DNA from: an uncultured virus (IMG/VR IMGVR_UViG_3300032038_000058)
Taxonomy: Duplodnaviria > Heunggongvirae > Uroviricota > Caudoviricetes
Strand: one strand, 5' to 3'
IMG/VR virus record: IMGVR_UViG_3300032038_000058
Length of the DNA stretch: 64,000 nucleotides
Shown: piece after piece, positions 9,817-19,900 of the stretch
Position numbering within the stretch: the stretch's first letter is position 1
Layout: every line of letters begins with the position of its first letter
Made by a program: the position numbers and the translations under genes
Notes under the pieces: model-generated
What the model was told of the DNA's origin: nothing
Seen by the model: only the letters and a program-made list of their open reading frames with translations
Database searches by the model: none

Positions 9817-10622
9817 TAGAAAAACTTATAGTAACTGATAATACAAAATCACCATTACACTATATAACTGACCTAAAGAATTTTAAAAACGGGACAGAAT
9901 ATATATTTCACCCAGGAGTAAATATTATAGTGGGTGAGAATGGTTGTGGTAAATCAACACTTTTAAAATTAATTAAGAAGTATCTTCTAGTTGATTATAT
10001 TGAGTGCGATAAGGGAGAATATAACTGTAATATCAATGCATTATTCCACGACTACAGGGACAAGGATAGTGATAATCCTTTCGATCTCAAGAAGACATTA
10101 TTGGACGGCATAGAGGTTTTTGCCGATTATAAGAAAAACACTTTCCGTTTATGTCATGCCGAGGAAAAGCTTGGGAATGATTCTGCATTAAAGACATTCA
10201 ATTCTTTCGGGACATATTATACCCAATTATCTTCTTCTACGGGTGAAGGAGTATTGGTAGCAATTAATTCACTTTTTAATTATATGTTTAGTAAAGATGC
10301 AAAATTATTTTATGATTACTCTCAATTTAGAAATGGCAGTCATGATGAGTACGTAGATTATGTGGATCGACATAGAGTAGAAAATCATAATGAATGGACT
10401 ATTATAATGGACGAACCAGATAGAAACTTATCAATCGATAGTATAAATGATATTAAATGTATTCTAGATTACCATAAGGAGAATTCCCAAGTAATTGCTG
10501 TTATTCACAATCCACTGTTAATCTATTCATTATCGAAGAACAAAGATATAAACTTCATAGAATTAACTCCGGGGTATATAAATAAAATTGTTGAATCTAT
10601 AAATAACCTAGTAAAGCAATAA
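9804..10622 (+). CDS. ABC/AAA-type ATPase
   Basis: Walker A GENGCGKS, signature-like SSTGE, Walker B IIMDEPD, H-loop VIHN. Confidence 0.8.
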   Translation: MEDMIEKLIVTDNTKSPLHYITDLKNFKNGTEYIFHPGVNIIVGENGCGKSTLLKLIKKYLLVDYIECDKGEYNCNINALFHDYRDKDSDNPFDLKKTLLDGIEVFADYKKNTFRLCHAEEKLGNDSALKTFNSFGTYYTQLSSSTGEGVLVAINSLFNYMFSKDAKLFYDYSQFRNGSHDEYVDYVDRHRVENHNEWTIIMDEPDRNLSIDSINDIKCILDYHKENSQVIAVIHNPLLIYSLSKNKDINFIELTPGYINKIVESINNLVKQ

Positions 10623-10664
10623 TAGCTGAAATATGCCCTTTCCTGTTAAACTCTTATAAATGAT

Positions 10665-11030
10665 ATGGAAAGAAATAAATTAGACATAGAAAAATTTTTT
10701 ATATCCTTATTCAAACAACATAAGGAAATACCTAAGATTTGGGAGAATGCATTAAAGGAACAAGGTCTAGTGTTTGATGGTGAAAATTTAGTTCCGATAA
10801 ATGAAAAATGTACAGAAGAAGAACTAATTGAATTTAAAGGTTTTGTTGGAGTCTATGAAGAAAAGAGTACTGGCGAAACGTTACTCGGGACACCTTGGCA
10901 AGACGAAAGCAATTCACCTAGGTTTATAGAGTATGATCGCTATGGATATAGATTCCTAGGAAATGCTAAAATACAAATTACGTTACCTAAGTCAGCTAAG
11001 TTTGAGAATTTTAATTTTAAGATAAGATGA
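10665..11030 (+). CDS. Hypothetical protein
   Basis: ORF 2 nt after the promoter motif at 10652-10662. Confidence 0.55.
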   Translation: MERNKLDIEKFFISLFKQHKEIPKIWENALKEQGLVFDGENLVPINEKCTEEELIEFKGFVGVYEEKSTGETLLGTPWQDESNSPRFIEYDRYGYRFLGNAKIQITLPKSAKFENFNFKIR

Positions 11031-11224
11031 TACAAGTAGGGAAGAAATTTAAACCAACTTTTCCTGATTCAGGTATAGATCATTTTGAAGTTATTCAAGT
11101 TAACGAAAAATGGGTACATACAAAAGTTTATCCTAAAGAAGGAGAATGTTACCCCTTCGAAGATAAAATTGAAAAAGATATTTGTGAATCAGCACTAAAT
11201 ATAGGAGAATATGTTTATATCTAA
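11027..11224 (+). CDS. Small hypothetical protein
   Basis: ATGA-coupled ORF. Confidence 0.5.
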   Translation: MIQVGKKFKPTFPDSGIDHFEVIQVNEKWVHTKVYPKEGECYPFEDKIEKDICESALNIGEYVYI

Positions 11225-11429
11225 GAGACAACATTTGATTTGGGCTATCTGTTGTACTTTCATGACAGGTGTATTAATAGGTGCAACAGCCAATCAACTA
11301 GATAATGGGAAAGTGGACTGGATTATGATAGGGTTTTCCATTATAATATTTATTTATGTCTGCCTATACTGGGGGATCGTTCATAATATGTATAAAAACA
11401 GTGAAAACCTTATTGATGGGAAAAATTAA
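11211..11429 (+). CDS. Small membrane protein with two TM segments
   Basis: Two hydrophobic stretches. Confidence 0.5.
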   Translation: MFISKRQHLIWAICCTFMTGVLIGATANQLDNGKVDWIMIGFSIIIFIYVCLYWGIVHNMYKNSENLIDGKN

Positions 11430-11550
11430 TAATTCCTTGTTTTTGCAATAATAAATTATTCGATTGGAGAAGCTGTCTGTGATAGATCGCTTCTTTTTTT
11501 TTTATTTTACTCCGAAAGCCTTATGTGTGTAAAATATAAATTAAAAAATT

Positions 11551-12729
11551 ATGTTAAGTATTTTAGACAGTGATCTTTATTTATTTAGTGTTAGTAATAG
11601 TTTTTATCAACTATATCCATTAGCAGAAGGTACACTAACATTTAATGATCGAAACAAAGAAATTTATGATCAAGAATTTATTGATCAACTTAAACAAGAA
11701 TTTGCTAAATTTAGCCAATTAAAGCTAACAGATGAAGAATTTAATTGGTGTGTGAAAAATATTCCCTACATTCCACAAACATACTGGGAATGGTTGAAAG
11801 GGTTTAGATATGAATTGGAAAAAATCAAAATTAGTCTGGATCAAGAGGGGCATCTTCATATTGAAGTAACGGACAAAGTATATAAATCGGGGTTCTATGA
11901 AATTCCGATATTAGCAACGGTGTCCGAGCTTAGAAATAAGAGACTTGGGTACGTTATGAATATCCAAGACATGTTAGATCGCTTAGACAAAAAGATTAAT
12001 TTTGCTAATGAACACCACTTAAAATTTTCAGAATTCGGTACACGTCGGCGATATAGTGCCTATTCACATGAGGCTATTGTTAAAAGGTTAAAAGAACGTT
12101 GCCCTATATACTGTGCTGGAACATCTAATGTATATTTTGCAATGAAATATGGGATGACTCCTATAGGTACACTTAACCATTTGTGGATATCATTCCATGC
12201 AGCAGTATTTGGGAATAAACGCGCAAACTATCTCATGTTAGAAGATTGGATTTCTGTATATCAAGGTAGTCTGGGTACGGCATTGACTGATCTTTTCACT
12301 ACAAAGTCTTTCTTGAGGACTCTAACAAGACAACAGGCTTTGTTATTACAAGGTTATCGTATTGACTCTGGTGATAACTTTAAGATCGGAAATATGATTA
12401 TTGAAAGACTTAAGGAGTTCGGTATTGATCCTAAGACAAAACTTTTGGTATTTAGTAATGCACTTGATTTTCCAAAGTATAAAGAAATTCACGATTACTT
12501 CAATGGAAGAATTATGGTGAGTGCGGGAATAGGTACTAATCTTACTTGTGATCCTGGTATAGAAAATTATAAGCCAGCTAACATAGTAATGAAGCTTAGT
12601 AAAGTTAGGATGTCTGCCAAAGATCCTTGGGAAAAGTGTATTAAAATCAGCGATGACCTTGGAAAACATATTGGCGATCCTAAGGAAATTGAAATTGCTA
12701 AATATGAACTTCACTTAGACGATGAATAA
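11551..12729 (+). CDS. pncB: Nicotinate phosphoribosyltransferase
   Basis: SILDSDLY, FSEFGTRRRYS, GTSNV, PIGTLNH, ALTD, RIDSGD, GIGTNLT, NIVMKL, KISDD. Confidence 0.9.
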   Translation: MLSILDSDLYLFSVSNSFYQLYPLAEGTLTFNDRNKEIYDQEFIDQLKQEFAKFSQLKLTDEEFNWCVKNIPYIPQTYWEWLKGFRYELEKIKISLDQEGHLHIEVTDKVYKSGFYEIPILATVSELRNKRLGYVMNIQDMLDRLDKKINFANEHHLKFSEFGTRRRYSAYSHEAIVKRLKERCPIYCAGTSNVYFAMKYGMTPIGTLNHLWISFHAAVFGNKRANYLMLEDWISVYQGSLGTALTDLFTTKSFLRTLTRQQALLLQGYRIDSGDNFKIGNMIIERLKEFGIDPKTKLLVFSNALDFPKYKEIHDYFNGRIMVSAGIGTNLTCDPGIENYKPANIVMKLSKVRMSAKDPWEKCIKISDDLGKHIGDPKEIEIAKYELHLDDE

Positions 12730-13904
12730 TGGCACAAAGAGAGATATTAGATAGGTCAAAATCTTTCCTTGATATTTTTACAAGGGATATAGAAATTGAT
12801 TACACTCTCCCAAAGTTCAATGTCCTTAGGGAAAAAACAGAAGAAGATGCTAAGAAAAAAGTAGAGGAGTCTGGTAGTGTAGAAAGAATGGTCTCTTCTT
12901 ATATGGGCGCTGGATATGATACTCCCGCATCTATAAATAATATTCCTGTTTTCGAGGGAGATAAAAAGAGAAAGGCTTGGATAGATAATAATAAAGGAAA
13001 ATTGGTAGATGAAGAATTTTTTAAGAATCTAACTGCCGATGATTTAACTATTATCTTAGATGAGAATAGGGCTAAGGGAATTAAGGCGAAGTTTGAGTTA
13101 ACTATAAACAGCTTAGGCTTGTCAGGTGAAAATCTCCAACCTACAACAGACAGCGTTACTTCCGTAGAGCCAAGAATAGTAGAAGAGCCTTTACCTGGGT
13201 TTTGGAACAAGATTCGTAGAAAAACATCGAAAAGAATAGGTTTATTCTATAAAGGTACTGATGAAGAGGTTCCAGAAACAGCCATTCAAACAGTTGGGCA
13301 AAAACCAACCTACGAACTAGATGTAATGAAGTTTTTTGACTTAGTGAAGTTAGAATCAACTAAGGAGATAGAGGATTATTATAACAGAATAGGTTCTTTC
13401 CTAGTGGCGATTAAGAAGGCCAAGCAGATGGGACAAACATCTCTAGTAGATAAGTTCCTGGGGAGAATCTTTATTGTAAAGTATGAATCAATCTTAAGAA
13501 CAAAAGGATTTCATCACAAGATATCAGAACCTCAGCTAGTATCTTTTGTAAAGAAAACAGAAAAGGGTGTATCTTTAACCTATGTCAAGAATTTCTCTCA
13601 CCCTATCCCAGATGATGTATTAGAGAAGAAGTTACAGGCGGATGAATTACATGTCTTTGATAATTATGTAGTTCTTCACTATGATCCAGAAGGGAAAGTA
13701 TATTCTCAGACACAAGAAGAGAAGGAAAAAGAACGTGTTAAGAAATCAGATCCAATCCTCTTCGGTATTATAGCCGAAAGTAGAGAACTGTATTATATTA
13801 CAGATTGGGTAGATGAATATTGTGACCTAACTTTAGATAAATTTCTTGAAGTTAGTGGATTAGATAAACAATCATTAGAAATTGGAGAAAAAATTAAAAT
13901 ATGA
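12729..13904 (+). CDS. Hypothetical protein between pncB and pncA
   Basis: 391 aa, coupled to both neighbours; C-terminal DPILFG...YYITDWVDEYCDLT. Confidence 0.7.
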   Translation: MAQREILDRSKSFLDIFTRDIEIDYTLPKFNVLREKTEEDAKKKVEESGSVERMVSSYMGAGYDTPASINNIPVFEGDKKRKAWIDNNKGKLVDEEFFKNLTADDLTIILDENRAKGIKAKFELTINSLGLSGENLQPTTDSVTSVEPRIVEEPLPGFWNKIRRKTSKRIGLFYKGTDEEVPETAIQTVGQKPTYELDVMKFFDLVKLESTKEIEDYYNRIGSFLVAIKKAKQMGQTSLVDKFLGRIFIVKYESILRTKGFHHKISEPQLVSFVKKTEKGVSLTYVKNFSHPIPDDVLEKKLQADELHVFDNYVVLHYDPEGKVYSQTQEEKEKERVKKSDPILFGIIAESRELYYITDWVDEYCDLTLDKFLEVSGLDKQSLEIGEKIKI

Positions 13905-14659
13905 GCAAAAATTTATTATTAGTAATTGATATGCAGAAGGATTTTTGTGATCCCTCTGGTAGTCTATATGTCCAAGGAGGTGAAGAGGCAGCTGAGAAAT
14001 TGGCAAACTTTATATCGCATAGGACAGAAAGATTTGACCACATCATACTAACTCAAGACTGTCATTTTCCTACACATATTGGGATGCATAGCTCCTGGAC
14101 AGATGAGAATGGAAATGACCTAGTACCATTCACGTCGGTGACTTCAGGTGGAATTGAACGAGGAATGTTTAACCCCAAGTATGTAACCCGAGAATATGCA
14201 ATTGAATATGTAAAAGCAATTGGGGGTGTTCATACTGTCTGGCCACTTCATTGTTTGAATGGATGTGATGGGATTCAGTTTCCAGAGGTTATAAAAACTG
14301 CCTTAATAGAGTATTGTGCAAGAACGGGCAAGCCTTATGAAGTTTTATCCAAGGGGCAGAAGAATGACGTGGAGATGTATAGTGTTTTATCCTACTTTGA
14401 TATTAATTTAGGAAAGAAGTGGATTAATTTTACATTAGTCGAAACTCTTAGCAGCTATGATAAAATATACATAGCAGGGTTAGCTAAGGATTTCTGTGTA
14501 TACTCTACAGTTAAGGACCTACTTGAGCATGAAGCTGGTTTGTTTAAAGACAGACTAGTATTTCTTAATAGCTGTATGGCATCTATTGATCCAGGAAATG
14601 TTGTGATTAAAAATTTCTATAATGAAGCTGTAGAAAAATACGGTGCGATAAATATGTAA
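13901..14659 (+). CDS. pncA: Nicotinamidase (isochorismatase family)
   Basis: VIDMQKDF, TQDCH, WPLHC, KG, AGLAKDFCV catalytic motifs. Confidence 0.88.
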   Translation: MSKNLLLVIDMQKDFCDPSGSLYVQGGEEAAEKLANFISHRTERFDHIILTQDCHFPTHIGMHSSWTDENGNDLVPFTSVTSGGIERGMFNPKYVTREYAIEYVKAIGGVHTVWPLHCLNGCDGIQFPEVIKTALIEYCARTGKPYEVLSKGQKNDVEMYSVLSYFDINLGKKWINFTLVETLSSYDKIYIAGLAKDFCVYSTVKDLLEHEAGLFKDRLVFLNSCMASIDPGNVVIKNFYNEAVEKYGAINM

Positions 14660-14668
14660 AAAAAAAAT

Positions 14669-14713
14669 AAAAGAGGTAATAGTCCATTAAAGGATTACTA
14701 TCTCTTTTTTTTA
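14669..14713. terminator. Bidirectional terminator between convergent genes
   Basis: AAAAGAGGTAATAGTCC ... GGATTACTATCTCTTTT imperfect stem with A and T tails. Confidence 0.6.
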
Positions 14714-14715
14714 TT

Positions 14716-15105
14716 CTACATGACATTAACTAGGCGATCGAATATTCTATCGAGACCCAGGTAATTCATGAATTCTGAGTAGTTCTTATATACTGCTTTT
14801 TTATTTTTAAACTGAATAAGAGGGGATGTTTCTCCGGTTATCCAGATATCTAATCTCTTATCCGACGGCATGTAAATAATCTCACCTAAAGGAAACTGTC
14901 TACTGTCCTTACTCAAGATTATAAACCTATACACATCCGCCCCCTCTGCTATTTGGAGATTTAATTTATTAATCCCAAAAGCTATCTTTATATTATCAAA
15001 CATTGCTTTTACTTTCATTAGCCTATCTTTACTAAGTTCCTTGAAAAAACCAGTAACATTACTAACTTCCGCAAAATTCAAACCTCTATAATTTATATTT
15101 AGCAT
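14716..15105 (-). CDS. Hypothetical protein
   Basis: ORF in a minus-strand operon. Confidence 0.6.
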   Translation of the reverse strand: MLNINYRGLNFAEVSNVTGFFKELSKDRLMKVKAMFDNIKIAFGINKLNLQIAEGADVYRFIILSKDSRQFPLGEIIYMPSDKRLDIWITGETSPLIQFKNKKAVYKNYSEFMNYLGLDRIFDRLVNVM

Positions 15106-15543
15106 TTATACTATTCTATTTATCAAATTTTTAATTTCATCTTGTGTCCCTAAGAAATCCTCCCTCTGACAAACTACCATCAGTTTACCCAGTAATCTTT
15201 CTACATAGAATTCTACTTCAGTAACATAAGATGAGCAATTAGTTTTGAACCTAAAGAATATGTTCTTCTCACTTGGACTACCGTTCCTAATGTAAACAAT
15301 ATTCTTTCCTATCAAATCTTCAGTACTAATGTCTTTGATGCTAAGCTGAGTAATATCTAGAGATTCCTGTGTGTCTGGAGGTATTAGATACTCTTCTATT
15401 TTAAAATAATCTAAAAGTTTTTCTATTACATTATTTGCAAAAGAGTCTTCAACATTAATACAAGTTCTTCTGTTATCACTTACAGAGGTTGTAGTGAGAT
15501 CAAGATTTGAATGTGAACTTACTAGTTTTGATGGACTGATCAT
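15106..15543 (-). CDS. Hypothetical protein
   Basis: ORF in a minus-strand operon. Confidence 0.6.
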   Translation of the reverse strand: MISPSKLVSSHSNLDLTTTSVSDNRRTCINVEDSFANNVIEKLLDYFKIEEYLIPPDTQESLDITQLSIKDISTEDLIGKNIVYIRNGSPSEKNIFFRFKTNCSSYVTEVEFYVERLLGKLMVVCQREDFLGTQDEIKNLINRIV

Positions 15544-16301
15544 TTTCCCGCAGATGATGTTGCTGTTGTAATATTATTGTCACAAGTATTATCAATCGAA
15601 TTAGGAGTATCGATGTCGTAAGCAGTATTCCAGATTGAACCAGAAGAACCATGCCACCAAGTGCCATTTCCATTACTTAGATAACCATTATCAACGAAAG
15701 TTAGTTTATTAATTTCGTCTACAAGTTTACTAAGTTCATCTTTATCAAGTTTGGAATATTTTTTTTCACATCTCAGTATTTTCTCTACAGCTTCAATTAA
15801 CTCTTCGTCACCTGCTATATATCTATCGTAATCAGGACTTACGTAGACACAAAGTTCTTGAGAAATTACCTCAACATATAAATCAAATTTACTTACCCAT
15901 GCTTCAGGTATTGTAGTGAAACATTGTCTAAAATTACTTGTCGGGAAATCTAAGTCTTTTACACAAATAACCTCCCAACCAATTATATCTTTTTTAGTGA
16001 TAGAATAATTGATCTTAAAAAATGCCTCTTTTTCTATTACTTCAATATCTTTATCTACAGCTGAACTGAAAGAATCGTAATAGTACCGTCTACCATTGCT
16101 AGGAGTAGTATATTTATAATTATTCACAGATGTTGTTCCTTGCTGACCAAACTTAGTGTAACCAGGCCTTGATGCAACAGTACCCGCAGCATTATCACTA
16201 GTCCCATCTACATAATTTTCTTTCGCTATTATGTTATTTTTATTAGAGAGGTCGACACTTGTTACGTATTTCATATACTCATTAAATAGTTCCTCATTCA
16301 T
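15540..16301 (-). CDS. Hypothetical protein
   Basis: ORF in a minus-strand operon. Confidence 0.6.
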   Translation of the reverse strand: MNEELFNEYMKYVTSVDLSNKNNIIAKENYVDGTSDNAAGTVASRPGYTKFGQQGTTSVNNYKYTTPSNGRRYYYDSFSSAVDKDIEVIEKEAFFKINYSITKKDIIGWEVICVKDLDFPTSNFRQCFTTIPEAWVSKFDLYVEVISQELCVYVSPDYDRYIAGDEELIEAVEKILRCEKKYSKLDKDELSKLVDEINKLTFVDNGYLSNGNGTWWHGSSGSIWNTAYDIDTPNSIDNTCDNNITTATSSAGK

Positions 16302-16308
16302 ATGTTTC

Positions 16309-19146
16309 TTATTTTAATATTATATCAGATAAACCATTTTCGTTTAATGATAGAATGTAAGTTTTGTTATTAAATGCCGGTATAGATTCAGCATGGCTTG
16401 TTAACATTATACAACCTACATTCATCGTTTTCAGTATCTCTAAAACTTCTTCTAACCTATCATTATCTAAGTTTTTGAAGAATTCATCTAATACCAAAAG
16501 ACCTAACCTATTTATTATCTTGCTCATATAATCAATGTCCAGTAAAGTTCTTTGGCCAGATGAGCATAGGTTGATAGGAACTAGGTTACCAGAGTTATTA
16601 TAATTAGGGACAAGATTTAAGTGTTCCATTCTACCTTTTCCCTTCCTCTCTACTACATATTTCACAGTATTAGAAGAGAATTGTGTAGAAAGACGATTAA
16701 ATATCTCTTCAAATATTAATCCAGTGGGTCCTGTAAGTTTTATGTAATTTTCATAACCCTCTAATAGTCCTGAAACTTTATCTACCTCGGACTTGTAATG
16801 AGAATACTCTGATAATCTTTGATTTTTATCATTTATCGTACTTTCATAAGTTTCCCAAGATAGTATTCCTGCCTCTATCTCCGCCATCTTTTCTACAAAA
16901 TTCTCAGGCAATCGTACTTCTTCAACCGTGTTAAGAGAATTTATTTTTTCTTGTACGTCTGATAAAAGTTTTGAGAACTTATTGTATTCTAAGATCTGAT
17001 TCTCTAAAGTCGTCCTCTCAGCAATTAATCTTGTAATACTTTCACCTATATTACTAAGTTCTTGATTGATTTGCTGATATTTCTCATTAGATTCGCTACT
17101 AATTTTCTTTAGATTTGCCAGCTCATTTTCTTTCTCAAATACAATAGGTTTTAGTTCCTCTACTTTCTGTAATAATTCATTTTTATGGTTTTCTAGAGCA
17201 GCGGAAGTTTGAATTATTTGTCCGCACTTAGAGCATTTTTTGCCCAGTCCAATTTCTTTTGCTTCCCTCCAGTATCTATTACCTTCATCTTTTAATCGTT
17301 GGAGATCACGTTCTTTGTATTCTATTTCAGTTCGAATATTACTTAACTCTACTAAACTCTGTTGAAGCAAATTTCTCTGTCCTGATAGACTATTTATTTC
17401 AGAATCTATTATGTCCTTTGGTCGAGCTGATTTGAGGATATTATCAAGTTCCCTTAATTTATTTCCATAGAACTCTCCCTGGGCATGTAACTGAGAGTGC
17501 GTATTGATATAATTATTCCATAGATTGTTCTTTCTTTGAATCTCTACTCCTTCCTGCTTTAGTCTGATTAATTCTTGCTTGGTTGAGGCAGGAATAATAA
17601 GATTATTTAATTTCTCATCTATGTATTGTATCAACCTCTCTGTTTCATTTAACTTAGATAACCACTCTGACCCCTGCATCCGAACTTGCTCGTATAAGTT
17701 TCTAGCTACTTCATTATAAGTATCTATCCTATTAAGCTTTAGGAACTTTGATGTAATCTCTGTAACTCTTTCTGGACTGAGAGATCTAAGGAATGAACTT
17801 TTATCTGCATCAAAGAAGAACGCATCCATATACTTGATAAACGGAAACCTCTCTCTTGCATCCTTTTCAAATAATTTCTTAGAATTATATTTGAAAGGTT
17901 CTCCATTAACCCAAAGGCCATACTTACTAGTACCTCTTTGAATTGTACATGTATTTCCTTGATATAAGAATGTTATCTCAGTAAGGCAATCTTTTTTTCC
18001 GAAGGTTGTAAAAGACTTAAGACTTGATAATCCTACGCTATCTCCTACATCACACAGGGCATACTTAATAGCACTTAGAAGAGAACTTTTTCCAGACCCA
18101 TTAGATCCAAGAACTAATATCTTATCCATATCCTGAAAGTCTATATCAATTTCTTTTATAGACCTCCAATTCTCGCAGTGAAGGTGGAGTAACGTAAAAT
18201 TAAAATCTACCTCCCCTGAATCTATATTAGATATATTATTTAGAACTTCCTGATGAATATTTCCTAAACCAGTCTGAGCAATGGCAGAATCGACTAATGA
18301 ACTTATCTCTTCCCATGCATTAACTTTTATACTTCCGGTCATAGGATCAACCACTGAATTATTCTGCTTATAGACAAACCATGTATGTGTATCTTCTTTC
18401 CACCCTTCTTCATCTAGTATATCAGTTGTGGCAAATTTCATAAGATTATCGCTCGGATTTAGATTGATCCAGTTCCAAGTCTTATTACTACAATCCACGA
18501 CAATTCCACTAGCTTCTTCAGGGTCACTAAGCTTACATCTCTGTGCACAACCAATACTTACATACTTTCCGATCTGTCCTTTCTGATGTATATCTCCACA
18601 AATAGCTAGATCAAATTTACTCTCATCTAGTTCTTGTGAATCAAATAATCTTCCTTCATTGGCATTTTTACTGTAACATATAGTGGCATGTGTAAATAAG
18701 ATGTCAACTTTTCCATCAATCCAAGTTAAATCAAATTTAGGCATCCAGTTACAGAAACCTATCACTTTTCCATCTACAATAATAGTTTTCTTATGTGCAT
18801 AATGAAGATTACTTGGCAACATTACACCGAGACATGCATCACTTATATCCTGATCGACACTTTTTCCATCAAGATCATGATTTCCCCAGATAATATAACC
18901 CTCTTTGAAATGAGACATTATAGTATCTAAGAATAACTTTACCTCTGCCTGGACATAAGGACGGATTATACACTTTTCTACTATGTCGCCTGCAAATACA
19001 ATAATATCACAGTCCTCTCGTTTACCTGCATCTATTATATTTTGTGCAACTGTTCTACTACCCTGATATAATCTAAATCGATTACTAGGGTTTCTATTTG
19101 CATAATCATTTATATGTATATCTGCTACTGCTAATATTTTACTCAT
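16309..19146 (-). CDS. Fused SbcD/Mre11 nuclease - SbcC/Rad50 ATPase
   Basis: N-terminal phosphoesterase motifs ADIH, GD, GNHD, THA, GDIH, then Walker A GSNGSGKS, coiled coil with CSKC zinc hook, CSSGQ signature and LVLDE Walker B. Confidence 0.88.
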   Translation of the reverse strand: MSKILAVADIHINDYANRNPSNRFRLYQGSRTVAQNIIDAGKREDCDIIVFAGDIVEKCIIRPYVQAEVKLFLDTIMSHFKEGYIIWGNHDLDGKSVDQDISDACLGVMLPSNLHYAHKKTIIVDGKVIGFCNWMPKFDLTWIDGKVDILFTHATICYSKNANEGRLFDSQELDESKFDLAICGDIHQKGQIGKYVSIGCAQRCKLSDPEEASGIVVDCSNKTWNWINLNPSDNLMKFATTDILDEEGWKEDTHTWFVYKQNNSVVDPMTGSIKVNAWEEISSLVDSAIAQTGLGNIHQEVLNNISNIDSGEVDFNFTLLHLHCENWRSIKEIDIDFQDMDKILVLGSNGSGKSSLLSAIKYALCDVGDSVGLSSLKSFTTFGKKDCLTEITFLYQGNTCTIQRGTSKYGLWVNGEPFKYNSKKLFEKDARERFPFIKYMDAFFFDADKSSFLRSLSPERVTEITSKFLKLNRIDTYNEVARNLYEQVRMQGSEWLSKLNETERLIQYIDEKLNNLIIPASTKQELIRLKQEGVEIQRKNNLWNNYINTHSQLHAQGEFYGNKLRELDNILKSARPKDIIDSEINSLSGQRNLLQQSLVELSNIRTEIEYKERDLQRLKDEGNRYWREAKEIGLGKKCSKCGQIIQTSAALENHKNELLQKVEELKPIVFEKENELANLKKISSESNEKYQQINQELSNIGESITRLIAERTTLENQILEYNKFSKLLSDVQEKINSLNTVEEVRLPENFVEKMAEIEAGILSWETYESTINDKNQRLSEYSHYKSEVDKVSGLLEGYENYIKLTGPTGLIFEEIFNRLSTQFSSNTVKYVVERKGKGRMEHLNLVPNYNNSGNLVPINLCSSGQRTLLDIDYMSKIINRLGLLVLDEFFKNLDNDRLEEVLEILKTMNVGCIMLTSHAESIPAFNNKTYILSLNENGLSDIILK

Positions 19147-19667
19147 AGTGAATTCATTATGTTTGTGTAATTATTCATAACCCAATTGATAGCAGCAAAG
19201 GCATGTTTACATAATAAAGTTACACCTTTGTTACCTTTAGGGGCATCAGATAAAGCTTGACCTAGGGATATTTTAATTCTTTCATTTTTAAATAAAGAAT
19301 CTCTCTTGTCTAGAATATAAGCTGACCTAAACTTGAAATCTGCACAGTCACAGTATACTCTTATTTTATTCTCACTCCAATTATTTAATGAAAAATCTGG
19401 CTCTAGCTGAATAAATACATAATGAGGATTCCCCGTATCAGATTTAACTGCTAACTTAAGTGTAATATAATAAATCTTTACAGTATCCATATTAGTAAAG
19501 AATTTTTTTACTTTTGCAGCTATTCCTTCCTCCTTAAGAGAGAAGAATGTATCAACTAAGCTAACAGAACAGTTACCTGCACGTGCTTGTCGATTTCCAT
19601 CAATCTGCATTAATTCACCTAAAGTATATCTATTACCAAATAAATTACTTAATAAACTTCCTATCAT
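19143..19667 (-). CDS. SWIM-type zinc-finger protein
   Basis: YCDCADF ... LCKH. Confidence 0.6.
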   Translation of the reverse strand: MIGSLLSNLFGNRYTLGELMQIDGNRQARAGNCSVSLVDTFFSLKEEGIAAKVKKFFTNMDTVKIYYITLKLAVKSDTGNPHYVFIQLEPDFSLNNWSENKIRVYCDCADFKFRSAYILDKRDSLFKNERIKISLGQALSDAPKGNKGVTLLCKHAFAAINWVMNNYTNIMNSL

Positions 19668-19669
19668 AT

Positions 19670-19900
19670 TTATTTTATAGAATTTATATCTACAACCGGT
19701 TTAATATTTCCAGTAAGCGTTATTATACTATTACTTGATTTTATATAAAGTCCTGAAAATACAGGCTCCTTATCTTGACCATTACCACTATAAACAGGTT
19801 CTATCTCTGTCCTAGGTATGTATCTATTATCTTTAAATAATCTTTGGGTAGACTCATCATAAGAATAAACCTCACCCTTCTTAGTAACTATCTCTATCAT
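19670..19900 (-). CDS. Small hypothetical protein
   Basis: Coupled ORF. Confidence 0.55.
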   Translation of the reverse strand: MIEIVTKKGEVYSYDESTQRLFKDNRYIPRTEIEPVYSGNGQDKEPVFSGLYIKSSNSIITLTGNIKPVVDINSIK

